Positions 11,201 to 19,823 of a stretch of DNA of 64,000 bases are shown here, in pieces. The stretch comes from a virus. Position numbers and translations under genes: made by a program. The notes under the pieces were generated by a model that was not told the DNA's origin, ran no database searches, and saw only the letters and a list, made by a program, of their open reading frames with translations. Location of the stretch: positions 9,961 to 73,960 of IMG/VR virus record IMGVR_UViG_3300020020_000028. One strand, written 5' to 3'. How positions within the stretch are numbered: position 1 is the stretch's first letter; every line of letters starts with the position of its first letter.

Positions 11201-11582
11201 TATCCAGCTTGTTCCATGCGTTCTCGAACGGGGTTTCGACTTCCGGATCTTCGTCCTCAATCAACTCGAAGGCAGGCTGACCTCTCCACGTAGCGTCCGG
11301 CATCACGTCTACGACGCGGCCTGCGATGCCTCCGCGCATGTACTCATCACGATATTCCTGAATCGTGATCGTCGCAGGATAGCCGAGGATAATGTACTCG
11401 TCGCGATTACCGTTGAACGTGATGCCGGATTGCTGTGCGAATCGCGCGCGTGCGAGAAGCACACTGTTCTCCAGTACGCGAATCTCAGAGGCCAACGTAC
11501 GTAGCTGTGGAGGCACTGCCTCTGGTGGAGGGAAGCGAGACGTATCGGGCGCTGCGCCGTTACCGTTCGTTTCTTCGCTCAT
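8250..11582 (-). CDS. Portal protein (DUF1073-like) with long C-terminal extension including a 2H phosphoesterase domain
   Basis: Follows terL; AGRVVDVMPDATWR, VHYSRIIH, IAGAKAIPKRILTGSEMGELASSQD typical of this portal class; HITV/HATV 2H motifs near C-terminus. Confidence 0.8.
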   Translation of the reverse strand: MSEETNGNGAAPDTSRFPPPEAVPPQLRTLASEIRVLENSVLLARARFAQQSGITFNGNRDEYIILGYPATITIQEYRDEYMRGGIAGRVVDVMPDATWRGQPAFELIEDEDPEVETPFENAWNKLDKKHQIGAKLLRVDKLSRLSTFGVLLLGDGQDLSTELRKTTNPDKLLYLMPFLGGGGPGGSTRENYRTSDYGSDCSIFEYDEDPKSERFGLPKTYTIRRTDLATPNFTRPVHYSRIIHVAEGLLDDDVFGQPALQRVWNLLIDLRKVTGGGAEAFWLRANQGMHIDIDKDLTLPPTENAAAVESLKAQAEDYKHQITRWIRTRGVKVTPLGSDVANFDGPADTIITQIAGAKAIPKRILTGSEMGELASSQDRENFRDQIVGRQLQYAGPYIVRQLADRLIKYGYLPEPSKGPDEYDVLWPHIQVLTEQEKIQTATGMATVNSTYGDVVFTDAEIRDRSLGFAPLSEEQRAEIDERAEAKAKQAQEAMAEMQPADVPAEDADLDFDIDDEELRAAEDTIDELRTALSKFEEHEHPRADDGKFGSGSGSADKPAGTAKRATQRSFKAGLVNLRLKLNEKETKAVEEGHARAVKAGFNGSQLEFLRQQLALSIAKGGDPVVKFDKKTVASYQALRKAVVNESKPKLGPEWKPEKSGTIDGFKNEKTGQWVPANHPIVTGKYDEAPKKEAKDEPKKEAKPKSVPASKKKPSGSKKKEAKPKEEKDPLDSIIEGMKDDERAALDEGYTKAKRDGFKGSKIDFLEEQLDLYGKAEEGDPRLKTFFYGATLDAYKKIAKNRAAMAGKTYKLSSTQIQLPPVIAEALLAFGRSIPAFDLCVEEGGLEDDAHITVKYGLHTNDVSSVRKVLATYVGPIRFTLGKTGIFEGDGYDVLYVEVISQDLVDLNERLTNNLEVTTTHPNYTPHATVAYLKQGHGVRYVGSSALEGMTASVGTIRFSPAEGEDVDLRITGREDTGKFAIVDPRGLEAAEDIELLRVLTTAIEVGATDVVHKIVGLHAEHDQKSHGNHHGGVERVGTSEGKKANYQLKVDGKSVGRIERRRQQDPQIGGPRGYNFMWHAKRGPYDTGFGHTTQEEAEKWLIEEAKKGNA

Positions 11583-11758
11583 TGTAGTTCAAGTCTTGAC
11601 ACGTAGAAGGCGAGCACCGCAGAACGCCACCATCCGTAAAACCATCGCTTGTTGCGATAGACACGCACAAACGTTCCAAGGTCCGCGCGATACCACGGAC
11701 GCAACGCGATGTGCGCTTCGAGATTCTCGCCGGGACGATTCGCTCTTACGACTTGCAT
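11579..11758 (-). CDS. Small hypothetical protein
   Basis: 59 aa, ATGA overlap with portal start. Confidence 0.35.
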   Translation of the reverse strand: MQVVRANRPGENLEAHIALRPWYRADLGTFVRVYRNKRWFYGWWRSAVLAFYVSRLELQ

Positions 11759-11779
11759 TTTTCCAAACAAAAGTGCGGG

Positions 11780-11808
11780 TAGACTTTTGCGTCGCACTGT
11801 GATACAAT
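11780..11808 (+). promoter_or_regulatory. sigma70-like promoter for moron gene
   Basis: TAGACT-17-TACAAT with TG extension. Confidence 0.6.
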
Positions 11809-11853
11809 GTATGTATCGATAATTATGTCGATGCTCTTTGACAACGAGGGATT

Positions 11854-12090
11854 ATGGCAAAACGTGTGAAGAAATCCGCTCTTCCAGTTCCGGTGAAGAC
11901 GGACTCTCGAATCTGTTTCGCAATCCAGTACTTCACGACCGAAGCTGACGCAGACAGGTTCGCAGAAAACGTTCGTGAAAAAAATATCACCTACAATGGT
12001 GGCTTTTTTCACGGCATGGCGTGCGGCAGAGACAAAGGGTGGGATTACGTTGATCCAGTTCTTGGTCAACTGTACGCAGTAACAAATTAA
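11854..12090 (+). CDS. Moron-like hypothetical protein, antisense within the head operon
   Basis: GAGGGG RBS, own promoter and terminator, more AT-rich than flanks. Confidence 0.7.
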   Translation: MAKRVKKSALPVPVKTDSRICFAIQYFTTEADADRFAENVREKNITYNGGFFHGMACGRDKGWDYVDPVLGQLYAVTN

Positions 12091-12098
12091 AGTGGATA

Positions 12099-12127
12099 GG
12101 GCGGGGATGAACCCCCGCCCTTTTTTT
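12099..12127 (+). terminator. Rho-independent terminator
   Basis: GGGCGGGG-atgaac-CCCCGCCC followed by T7. Confidence 0.8.
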
Positions 12128-12128
12128 G

Positions 12129-12278
12129 TTAGTTCGGTGTCCCCGGATGATCCGGATCGGGCTGCGGTTCCTTCGGCACGGGCATCTTCGAGGTGTCCGG
12201 CTGAAGCGGTTCTTTCCTGTCCGATGGATCGTGGTCCGGGCGTGGTGAACGTTCCGGCTCGGTCTGCGGATCTCCCAT
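12129..12278 (-). CDS. 49-aa Pro/Asp-rich peptide (not in ORF track)
   Basis: AGGAGG RBS; MGDPQTEPERSPRPDHDPSD...GTPN*. Confidence 0.6.
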   Translation of the reverse strand: MGDPQTEPERSPRPDHDPSDRKEPLQPDTSKMPVPKEPQPDPDHPGTPN

Positions 12279-12287
12279 TGACCCTCC

Positions 12288-12419
12288 TTAACGACTTGGT
12301 GGCTTCGACGGTGTTGAAGGAGCCGACGGTGTTGACTTCGGCAGTGGATTCGATGATGGCGCAGGCGTCGATGATGGCGCAGGCGTCGGCACTGACGGTG
12401 TTGATCCCGGTCCCGGCAT
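12288..12419 (-). CDS. 43-aa Pro/Ser/Thr-rich peptide (not in ORF track)
   Basis: GAGGAGG RBS just after terL stop; MPGPGSTPSVPTPAPSSTPAPSS...PPSR*. Confidence 0.6.
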   Translation of the reverse strand: MPGPGSTPSVPTPAPSSTPAPSSNPLPKSTPSAPSTPSKPPSR

Positions 12420-12437
12420 GTGACCTCCTCACAGATC

Positions 12438-14084
12438 TCACCATGTCACCGCACTCGTAAGTCCAGCCTGTATCGGATTGAAGCGCTCCAACGCAGGTGC
12501 CGGAGCGAATGCGATCATAAGTGAGTCCGCCCTGTTTGGTGACGGAGTTTCATCGTTATAACGAACGACAGTCTGACCCTTACTATTCGGTTCCCATCGC
12601 AGCGTCAAGAGTTCATCAGCGAGTTGTTCATCGAGAGGATCGAGATCAATCTCTCCCCGCTCAAACATCCCACGAACGGCCCACCAGAGTTGCGACAACA
12701 GATTCGCGAAGACCGTCCAGACCTGATCGCTCCCACATTTCTCGCAACGCACGATGTGAGAGACTTGCCGCTTACGAGGCAACAGGTCCTGATCCCATTC
12801 ATGCTTACAGAGACGACAGGAATAGACCGTACTCGCTTCACCTACAGAGATTGGATAGACGGGCAACTGTTGCTCACGAGCACGATCAACAACGCCACGG
12901 CCAACACCAATATAGTCAACCTTTGCCAGTTGTGCGCCATACTCGCGATTCGCTAAAGCCTGCAACAAGCGGCCTGTCGTCTTCATCGTGTCCGGCTGAC
13001 GTTCTTCGTACAACACACGAAACACAGGTCCGTGCCGATGACCGAGACACGACGGATCTCCGAACTCTGATGCGCCAACGTCGAGGCCCAATTCATTTGG
13101 TCCAATAGCCGGAAGTTCACGTTGCTGCGCTTGTCGAATCCACGTCAACGGAATCAGCGAACCAACACTCGACTGGACGGGGAACTGTCCCAGTACCTTC
13201 GACTGCCAGAACGGATGCGTGTCTTCCATCTTCCCATCAGGAGGAGGCACGCATCGTCTACCATCCGCGGTCCACGTCCACCGTGGTGCCCACTTCAAAC
13301 GTCGTTCCTCGACGTATCGTTTCCCGATCAAGTTACGCTTGATGTCTTCCGGCATGAACTCACCAGTAAAGTTCGGTGAATCGAACGCCGAAATATGCAC
13401 CACAGAGAAACCAGAATTCGGGAGGCACGCTTCGTAGAATTCACCAGTTGGATCGTCAGGGTTCCCGATGATAAGCATCTTGCCTTCATCGTTCGCCATC
13501 AGTGAGTCCATCGAATTCCACAACCCGCCTCGCACACCATTCGCTTCGTCTACAATGACCAGTACGAATGGTGCGTGAATGCCCTGAAACGCAGTCGGTG
13601 AATAGTCGCTGGGTTTCCGGCCGAGTCCTACTGTCTCTTCTCGCGCAATACCCGTCTTCGGATCGATAACCGTGAGCTTCCAACTGGTCTGCGTGAGACG
13701 ACCTGCAAGATTACCCCGCGCATGTGCGCGCCCAATTTCTTTCCAGAGAATCACCTCGACCTGAGGTTGCGTGGGTGCCGTTGTGATGACGAACGCTTCA
13801 CCCGGCTTATGAGTATCAATCCACCATGCCGCGAGAATTCCGGCGTCGTAACTCTTGCCGATTTCGTGGCACGTCGTAGCCGCCGTCTTACGATGATCGC
13901 GAACCGAGTCCAGGATTCTGATTTGCCCGGACCACAACGTGTCCCCGAGCTTTTCGCGCGCCCACGCTGCGGGATCGAGTGCCCATCGACGGCGCTTGTT
14001 CTCCTCATGCGCGAGGGCCAGCGCAAGCATCCGCTCTTTTTTATTCTTCGGCGCGTCGAGAAGCTGGACGCCTGTCTCGACCAT
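12438..14084 (-). CDS. terL: Terminase large subunit
   Basis: CHEIGKS Walker A, VIVDEA Walker B, IGNP coupling motif, LGLDVG nuclease motif, SPNRADSL. Confidence 0.9.
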   Translation of the reverse strand: MVETGVQLLDAPKNKKERMLALALAHEENKRRRWALDPAAWAREKLGDTLWSGQIRILDSVRDHRKTAATTCHEIGKSYDAGILAAWWIDTHKPGEAFVITTAPTQPQVEVILWKEIGRAHARGNLAGRLTQTSWKLTVIDPKTGIAREETVGLGRKPSDYSPTAFQGIHAPFVLVIVDEANGVRGGLWNSMDSLMANDEGKMLIIGNPDDPTGEFYEACLPNSGFSVVHISAFDSPNFTGEFMPEDIKRNLIGKRYVEERRLKWAPRWTWTADGRRCVPPPDGKMEDTHPFWQSKVLGQFPVQSSVGSLIPLTWIRQAQQRELPAIGPNELGLDVGASEFGDPSCLGHRHGPVFRVLYEERQPDTMKTTGRLLQALANREYGAQLAKVDYIGVGRGVVDRAREQQLPVYPISVGEASTVYSCRLCKHEWDQDLLPRKRQVSHIVRCEKCGSDQVWTVFANLLSQLWWAVRGMFERGEIDLDPLDEQLADELLTLRWEPNSKGQTVVRYNDETPSPNRADSLMIAFAPAPALERFNPIQAGLTSAVTW

Positions 14085-14767
14085 CAGATAACCTCCTCAA
14101 CGGAGACGGCCTCGATGGTCAATTGCTCGGTTTTCTTGCGAAGATCTTCAGGAGAGAGTTCCGAGAGTCGCTGTGCAGCAATCTCAATCGGTCCGCCACC
14201 AGCCCCGGTTAGCTCAAGACGATCTGCGAAAGCCTTGATACCCACGTGACGACCCATGAGTTTCAGTGCGCCGGGTTTGTCCCAGAGCTTAAACTCAACC
14301 TCGTACGTGATGGTGATGGCCCCGCTCGGATCTTCTTTCACGATCTTGCGGCGTTTCACAGACTGAATTGCGCGCATCGCGTTTGGAGGCGCACCTTCTG
14401 CGAGAATCAAGTTGCCGTCATCGTCTACTTTGTAGTGCTCAACACTCGCATTCGCGAGTGTGGCGACTTCTTCGAGTACCGAATCCGCTGTCATATTGAC
14501 GCGGATGGCTCGCATTTCTTTGGCTTGTTCTACAGCCGCCGCAATCCTAGAGTCTCCTAGAAGCCTAACAGCCGTGACGCTCGCGCCGACTTTTGGATAA
14601 CCAGCACGAATCGCCGCACGTGTGCCGTTAAAGTCAACAATATACTCACGAATGAACGCGAGTTGACGGGTGTTGAGCTTCGAAAGATCGACGACTTCTA
14701 GAGGGTTTTCTGGAGGGAATGGCGCGATGCCTGACGAATCTGCTTGATTCTGGTCTAGGCTGTCCAT
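14084..14767 (-). CDS. terS: Terminase small subunit
   Basis: LNTRQLAFIREYIVDFNGTRAAIRAGY HTH; KLWDKPGALKLMGRHVG. Confidence 0.9.
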   Translation of the reverse strand: MDSLDQNQADSSGIAPFPPENPLEVVDLSKLNTRQLAFIREYIVDFNGTRAAIRAGYPKVGASVTAVRLLGDSRIAAAVEQAKEMRAIRVNMTADSVLEEVATLANASVEHYKVDDDGNLILAEGAPPNAMRAIQSVKRRKIVKEDPSGAITITYEVEFKLWDKPGALKLMGRHVGIKAFADRLELTGAGGGPIEIAAQRLSELSPEDLRKKTEQLTIEAVSVEEVI

Positions 14768-14876
14768 AGTCAGAGGTCTGGACCAGAGTAGCTTACTACG
14801 AAATCCGTGTCTACTATAATTTTTATTTTGAATACATACTACCCGTGAGTAGGTGTTTGTTTTGAAAACGTGCTAT

Positions 14877-15143
14877 GACATCAGAGACATCAGAGACATC
14901 AGAATCCACTCCCTACGCGTAGGAAAAAAACCAACTACGATACGTAGTATGTATATGCCCTGGGGGCCGTAGCGTGAAAAATGATGTCTGTGATGTGCCT
15001 GATGTCATAACACATCTTCAAAAGAAGAACATACCCACCACGAACCCTGCACCTCAGCAGGCGGACCACGGCCCTCGAACTGTATCGATCCTATACAATG
15101 GCAGTTATTGCAAAAGCGGCAATAACCTGATGTCTCTGATGTT
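14877..15143. repeat. 9-bp iteron-like repeats (GACATCAGA x3, inverted copies x3 and x2)
   Basis: 14877-14903 perfect triple; 14982-15006 and 15126-15143 reverse-complement copies; intergenic, upstream of terS. Confidence 0.8.
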
Positions 15144-15173
15144 GTTACCGAGGAAAAACAGGCGGAATGGAGG

Positions 15174-16770
15174 CTAAAATGACCGTTTGAGTGGGTTTAG
15201 GACCCCAAAATCGCGTCCAACACGGCTTTCATAGTTCCCATCCATCACGTACGCGAGTCCCGGATGGACGTAAGGAGAACCTTTCACATCGCAATATAAA
15301 TTAGCGAACAAGACAGGATTCTTTTTGAGTGCCTCTTTCAAATCTTCATCGTTCAAGATGATCAGCTTCTTTTCGATGGGCTTACACGCAGCCATCACGA
15401 TTTTGAGTTTGTCGAGCGTGAGTTCTTCGCTCATGATACCCTCATCATTTCAATCTGATTCTTACGTGCTGGTGTGAAATATAATCGGAAGGCCCCGATA
15501 TAATTTTCGATAGAAAGAAATCTACAGCGTCCGGCGAACGTCGTGTTATCAAGCCTCATGTCGAAAGGCACGTCGAAATGTGTTCTCACACTCTCGTAGA
15601 AGTCACGCACGAGTTGTTGTGGGATTTCACCTGCGAATGTCCCGATGATCGTCGGGAGACTCCTGAGTGGTGAAACCCACAAGTCATCTTCATATCTTGT
15701 AGAGTTACTGATTTCCACAATCTGTCCTATTAACGACAGATCTTTGAGGTAGATGCGAAGTTTGTTGATCATCGGGCCGGTAGGGATATCTTGATTAGCC
15801 ATGTTTCTTCTTCCCAAACGGTGTGATAAACAGATTCACGTAGAGCGTCTGAAGTTCCGTGAGTTTCTCACGATTCTCTTTGTAACGTGCTTCAAGGTCC
15901 TCGATCCAGAGTTCTCGAAATCGATAGACGGGATCGATGTGAAGAATCTTGAGAAGTTCGCTGCGTTCTTTGAGGATCTGTCTTCGGAGGTTCAATCCAC
16001 GTCGTTCAACAATGCGAATGGTCCAGCGAGCGAACCACTTGAAGAACCTATTGCGCCACCGTTTCGTTCTAGGTCCGGTACGCCTTGTGACTTCAGCCGT
16101 TTGAACTGGGACTTGGACGGGCTCGAATCACAGTTTGGATGGAAGACGATTTGATATTGATTATGGATTATTTGTCCACAGTTGGAACATGGTCTGCAAG
16201 TCGTGAGTGGGTTGGTGGTCGTCGTTTGGCCGCATTGACAAGGACGCATACCGTGTTTTGCCATACCTTAATGTAGCACAGTTTTAAACTGATTGCAAGG
16301 ATAGATTGCGTCAAAAGGTGAGTCAAGAAGACTTCAGCTCCCTAGTGGTAGTGGTAGTTTCCCCTACTATAGGTTTATTGTAGAGGATGAGGCCTCTATA
16401 GACTCTCATGTTCCACACCGTCAATCACCGCACTAATACCATCATCAGTAAATCTTGCCTCACGAACAGTGCCACGATACACGTCTTTCCCGAAAGTGAT
16501 CTGAATGAGATTCCCGATAGGTATTGGAGGCTCATTGAAGTTCATTTTGAACACCACTGGCCCTATACGTCGAATGCCTTTGATGTAGTAATCGTAGTCG
16601 TCTATAGACAGATAATCAACAGGTGGAATGAGTGCCGTGCCGATGATACCCGCACCGAACAGGAAGCAGAAAGACCGACGTGTGAGAGTCTTCGAGGCAC
16701 GCTGACAGAGTCTGTCCGCAGGATGAGTGTCGCCGCACCATTGGCAAGTATTCATTTCTTCAGCCACCAC
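15174..16770 (-). other. Cluster of small hypothetical genes (15174-15434, 15431-15817, 15795-15995, 15992-16264, 16396-16770)
   Basis: Mostly overlapping start/stop junctions; TTGCAA-17-TACATT promoter just before 16264. Confidence 0.55.
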
Positions 16771-16994
16771 CTCTCCGGCCGCGCGATGTGACGCTCAGAG
16801 GGTTTCCTCACCTTGGCTACTTTAGGCTTCATTTTTATCTTTCGTACCAAACGACATCCACTTCCAGCCCTCATGTGTCTCACAGTAGATCTCTATGGTG
16901 TTTGGTTTCTTACCAAGGTCGTGTGGCATTCAATAAGATCGGTTTAGATTCATCACCAGCAAACGAAGCGATCCGATGCAGAATGTATTACTCT

Positions 16995-19529
16995 TCATAG
17001 ATCTAATCCATCATCCGATCCCGGCTCACGAGGCTCGTAATGAGTCGGTTCAAATTCATCAGGGTCGCCGCTTGATTGAACGACACTCCGCAACTGCCAG
17101 TGCCATCTCTGCGCACGCTTCGAGATATAAACTTCAGTACCATCGGCCAGTTGATGCCGTCGATCACGATTGCGACGCAACCAACTACCGAGTAACCGTC
17201 CATTCCAGAGTTGACCATCACGAGAGGGGAGTCCTGGTAGTTGCAGTAATGCAGGGAGAGTAATCACTTGATCACGTGCAGCAGCCGCCCATGCTTCGAG
17301 GAACTCTTCCATCTCGTCTTCATCTTCAGCGTCCGCATCTTGTTCGACATCTATCTTGTTCGCGAGAAACGCATGGAGTCCCGCGTTATACAGGATACCA
17401 CCGATGGTATGGGACCACGGTTCGAACCCATTGAGTACTCGCGTCTCTTTGTGAGGAGGCCGACCCACCGCAATCCACGCTTTGACAAGTGTATAGAGTG
17501 CAGCGAGTAACTCGAATCGATGTGCAGGTACCCACGACATGAGATCCTTGGTCCACCCTTGTGTACGATCACTCGGGCGAGCCATCGCAGAATCTAATCG
17601 TATCCTGCACATTCTCCCAGCCATGTCCTTCGGAAACGTCGGGTTGTTGCCTGTGGCCACGAAGGTCGAGAAATTCTGTGGGTTCGTGATCTCTGTGCTA
17701 CCAAGAATTCTACCTAACCTCGCACCTTTCCCGGTCAAGATCTTATTGAGGTCCGGGCTCTTGAGGTCCTTGACTTCATCGAGGAAGACAATCGGCGCAC
17801 CGGTAATGAGAACCGCTGTGAGGAACTTACGACGCTCACTCTCATTACTATCCCACTCCGCTTCCGAGGGCCATGCACCCGTCAGGATATAGCACCAACA
17901 CTGGACCATCAATGAGGCGCCAGTTCTCGTCGTTGGTTTATCTACCAGAAAGAGCGGCACGGCATTGAACAGACTCCGCGTGAGGATCGTGAGCGGGAAG
18001 GCCATCATGTTCGCGTAGCTGGCTGTCTCACGCCAGTCGCACCCTTGCTGGACGTCAAGAAATGGATGATGACCGGATCGCCCTTTGAATGGGAATTGCC
18101 ACACCATCTCATCAAGCACGTTAATCGCTTTCGCGACATCTTGTTTCGATGGGCGATCTGGAATCGGAGGGAGATCGAAATCACGTGAGGGCTGATAGAA
18201 CATGCCGCTACTGCGATGGAACCCCGGCGTCGTGATCAGGTACCCTTCATTGGTGAAGAAGGGAATAGGACTGAAGCCCATTGGTTCCGGAAGGGGTACC
18301 GCTGCGGACTTCAACATCATATTCGCGAAGTCACGCCCCGGATAGACGTTCGGTGTTGTGTTGCGTGGACGCACCTCGACGCAGGGAATCATGCGGCCCA
18401 CGATCTCTCGGAACGAATCGGTTTCAATAGATCGAAAGCCTGAGACAGAGCGGAGGGCTGAGGGTTCTTCGAGCTTCAACTGTTCTTCATACAAGGTTGT
18501 GAGGCACGTATTGTTCGTGTCCCTGAGGATCACGATGTCATCGCCACGTTTGAAGATCCCAGGAGGTTCGTTCGCGGCTACGACTCTCGTCCATGCCCGA
18601 TCCACCATCGGCCACGTGAGGCTCAGTGTGTTGATCGTAGTTCCATCATCAGCGACGGCCCCCACACGCACAATGCTGTTGATCGCATTGAGTGTCGTGG
18701 TCCCGAGATTCTGCCCAAGCACATCAATGAGCGTACTACTCCCAGCAGTGGCTTGTCCTCGCTTGATTGCATCAGCCGTGGTATCGACAGCACCACTCAC
18801 ATCCTCAACATTAGAATCGGTCGCGGCCATGACCGTCTCTAGGATGTCAATGACGCGAGGTTTGTTGATCCCAAGCTCCAGTAAGATCTTGGCGAACGCT
18901 AATCTGAGATTGTGTCTGTTTTTCTCCGGCCAGATCGACGCGATGATGACACCAATGGCGCCGTGCTGAACCGCTTCTTCGAGATCTGACGGGGTATCGA
19001 TGCGACCGATGGGAGTGATAGGAGAAACGAATCGGATGGGCTCACCTGTGCTGTGCGTGCTGCCCGGAGCCACAGAGAGTGTATGGGTTTTCTTCTGTGT
19101 CGTACCCCGCAACTCTACGATGACCTTGCCATCGACCCCCACGTACTTACGAGTCCGGAGTACGCCACGCGCAAGATAGTTGGCGTGCGATCTGGGTTTG
19201 GAGGGTCTGCCGTACCACCATCCGGTTGGAGGGATTAGGTTCTCAATGATCTTACGAAAGACAGGATCAACGACATCGATATCCACGTCGTAGAAATACC
19301 AACCATCTCCGACGATGGTACCGTTGAGGACACCAACGTTATCACCCGGACGGAATTCGGCTGGCGTCACGCGGTGCGTGTTCGCGCTCCATCCAGACAA
19401 TCGCCCTTTCTTTTCTGCTTGCCGTACAGGGGTACAGAAAAGATTGCGTGTGGTGTAGAAGGTCAGGGCCTCATGTTGAGTTCCGGGCCCGACGAGATCG
19501 AGGGGATCTTGTGGAGTCTCTGACATCAC
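16995..19529 (-). CDS. Primase-polymerase fused to helicase-like domain
   Basis: NVGVLNG..DVDID..H (Prim-Pol), VAPGSTHSTGE; C-terminal P-loop-like RTGAS, FLDEV, ATGNN. Confidence 0.8.
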   Translation of the reverse strand: MMSETPQDPLDLVGPGTQHEALTFYTTRNLFCTPVRQAEKKGRLSGWSANTHRVTPAEFRPGDNVGVLNGTIVGDGWYFYDVDIDVVDPVFRKIIENLIPPTGWWYGRPSKPRSHANYLARGVLRTRKYVGVDGKVIVELRGTTQKKTHTLSVAPGSTHSTGEPIRFVSPITPIGRIDTPSDLEEAVQHGAIGVIIASIWPEKNRHNLRLAFAKILLELGINKPRVIDILETVMAATDSNVEDVSGAVDTTADAIKRGQATAGSSTLIDVLGQNLGTTTLNAINSIVRVGAVADDGTTINTLSLTWPMVDRAWTRVVAANEPPGIFKRGDDIVILRDTNNTCLTTLYEEQLKLEEPSALRSVSGFRSIETDSFREIVGRMIPCVEVRPRNTTPNVYPGRDFANMMLKSAAVPLPEPMGFSPIPFFTNEGYLITTPGFHRSSGMFYQPSRDFDLPPIPDRPSKQDVAKAINVLDEMVWQFPFKGRSGHHPFLDVQQGCDWRETASYANMMAFPLTILTRSLFNAVPLFLVDKPTTRTGASLMVQCWCYILTGAWPSEAEWDSNESERRKFLTAVLITGAPIVFLDEVKDLKSPDLNKILTGKGARLGRILGSTEITNPQNFSTFVATGNNPTFPKDMAGRMCRIRLDSAMARPSDRTQGWTKDLMSWVPAHRFELLAALYTLVKAWIAVGRPPHKETRVLNGFEPWSHTIGGILYNAGLHAFLANKIDVEQDADAEDEDEMEEFLEAWAAAARDQVITLPALLQLPGLPSRDGQLWNGRLLGSWLRRNRDRRHQLADGTEVYISKRAQRWHWQLRSVVQSSGDPDEFEPTHYEPREPGSDDGLDL

Positions 19530-19794
19530 AACGCCAGAGCGGGAGACAGATTCATGTTAGCTCGCTCCATGAGGAAAGAGGCGAGTCTCCTGTGAATCTC
19601 TGAGCGAGCAGAGATCACACAGAAGCAAACGTCGGCCAGACGTGCCTCGCCACCGCGGAGGTCCGGCAGGATTCCGAGCGGTGGCCTACTCTAACTTAAA
19701 AACCTTGTGATGTCCAATACTATCGTTTTTCCTAAGAATTTTGCGATATTGACGAGTTAGCATAAAATGAGAGGCTTGTCAAGGGCTTTGTGGG

Positions 19795-19823
19795 TAGACA
19801 TTCTTTTGAAGAAGTGCTATGAT
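19795..19823 (+). promoter_or_regulatory. Promoter starting the plus-strand arm
   Basis: TAGACA-17-TATGAT, TG extension, CTTTTGAA in spacer. Confidence 0.7.

Noticed and set aside
11746-12444. 232-aa minus-strand ORF
   Set aside because: Runs through a terminator and the opposite-strand moron; two shorter ORFs in another frame have strong RBSs
16660-16700. Tat signal (TRRSF) in ORF 16396-16770
   Set aside because: Short hydrophobic stretch and no supporting context
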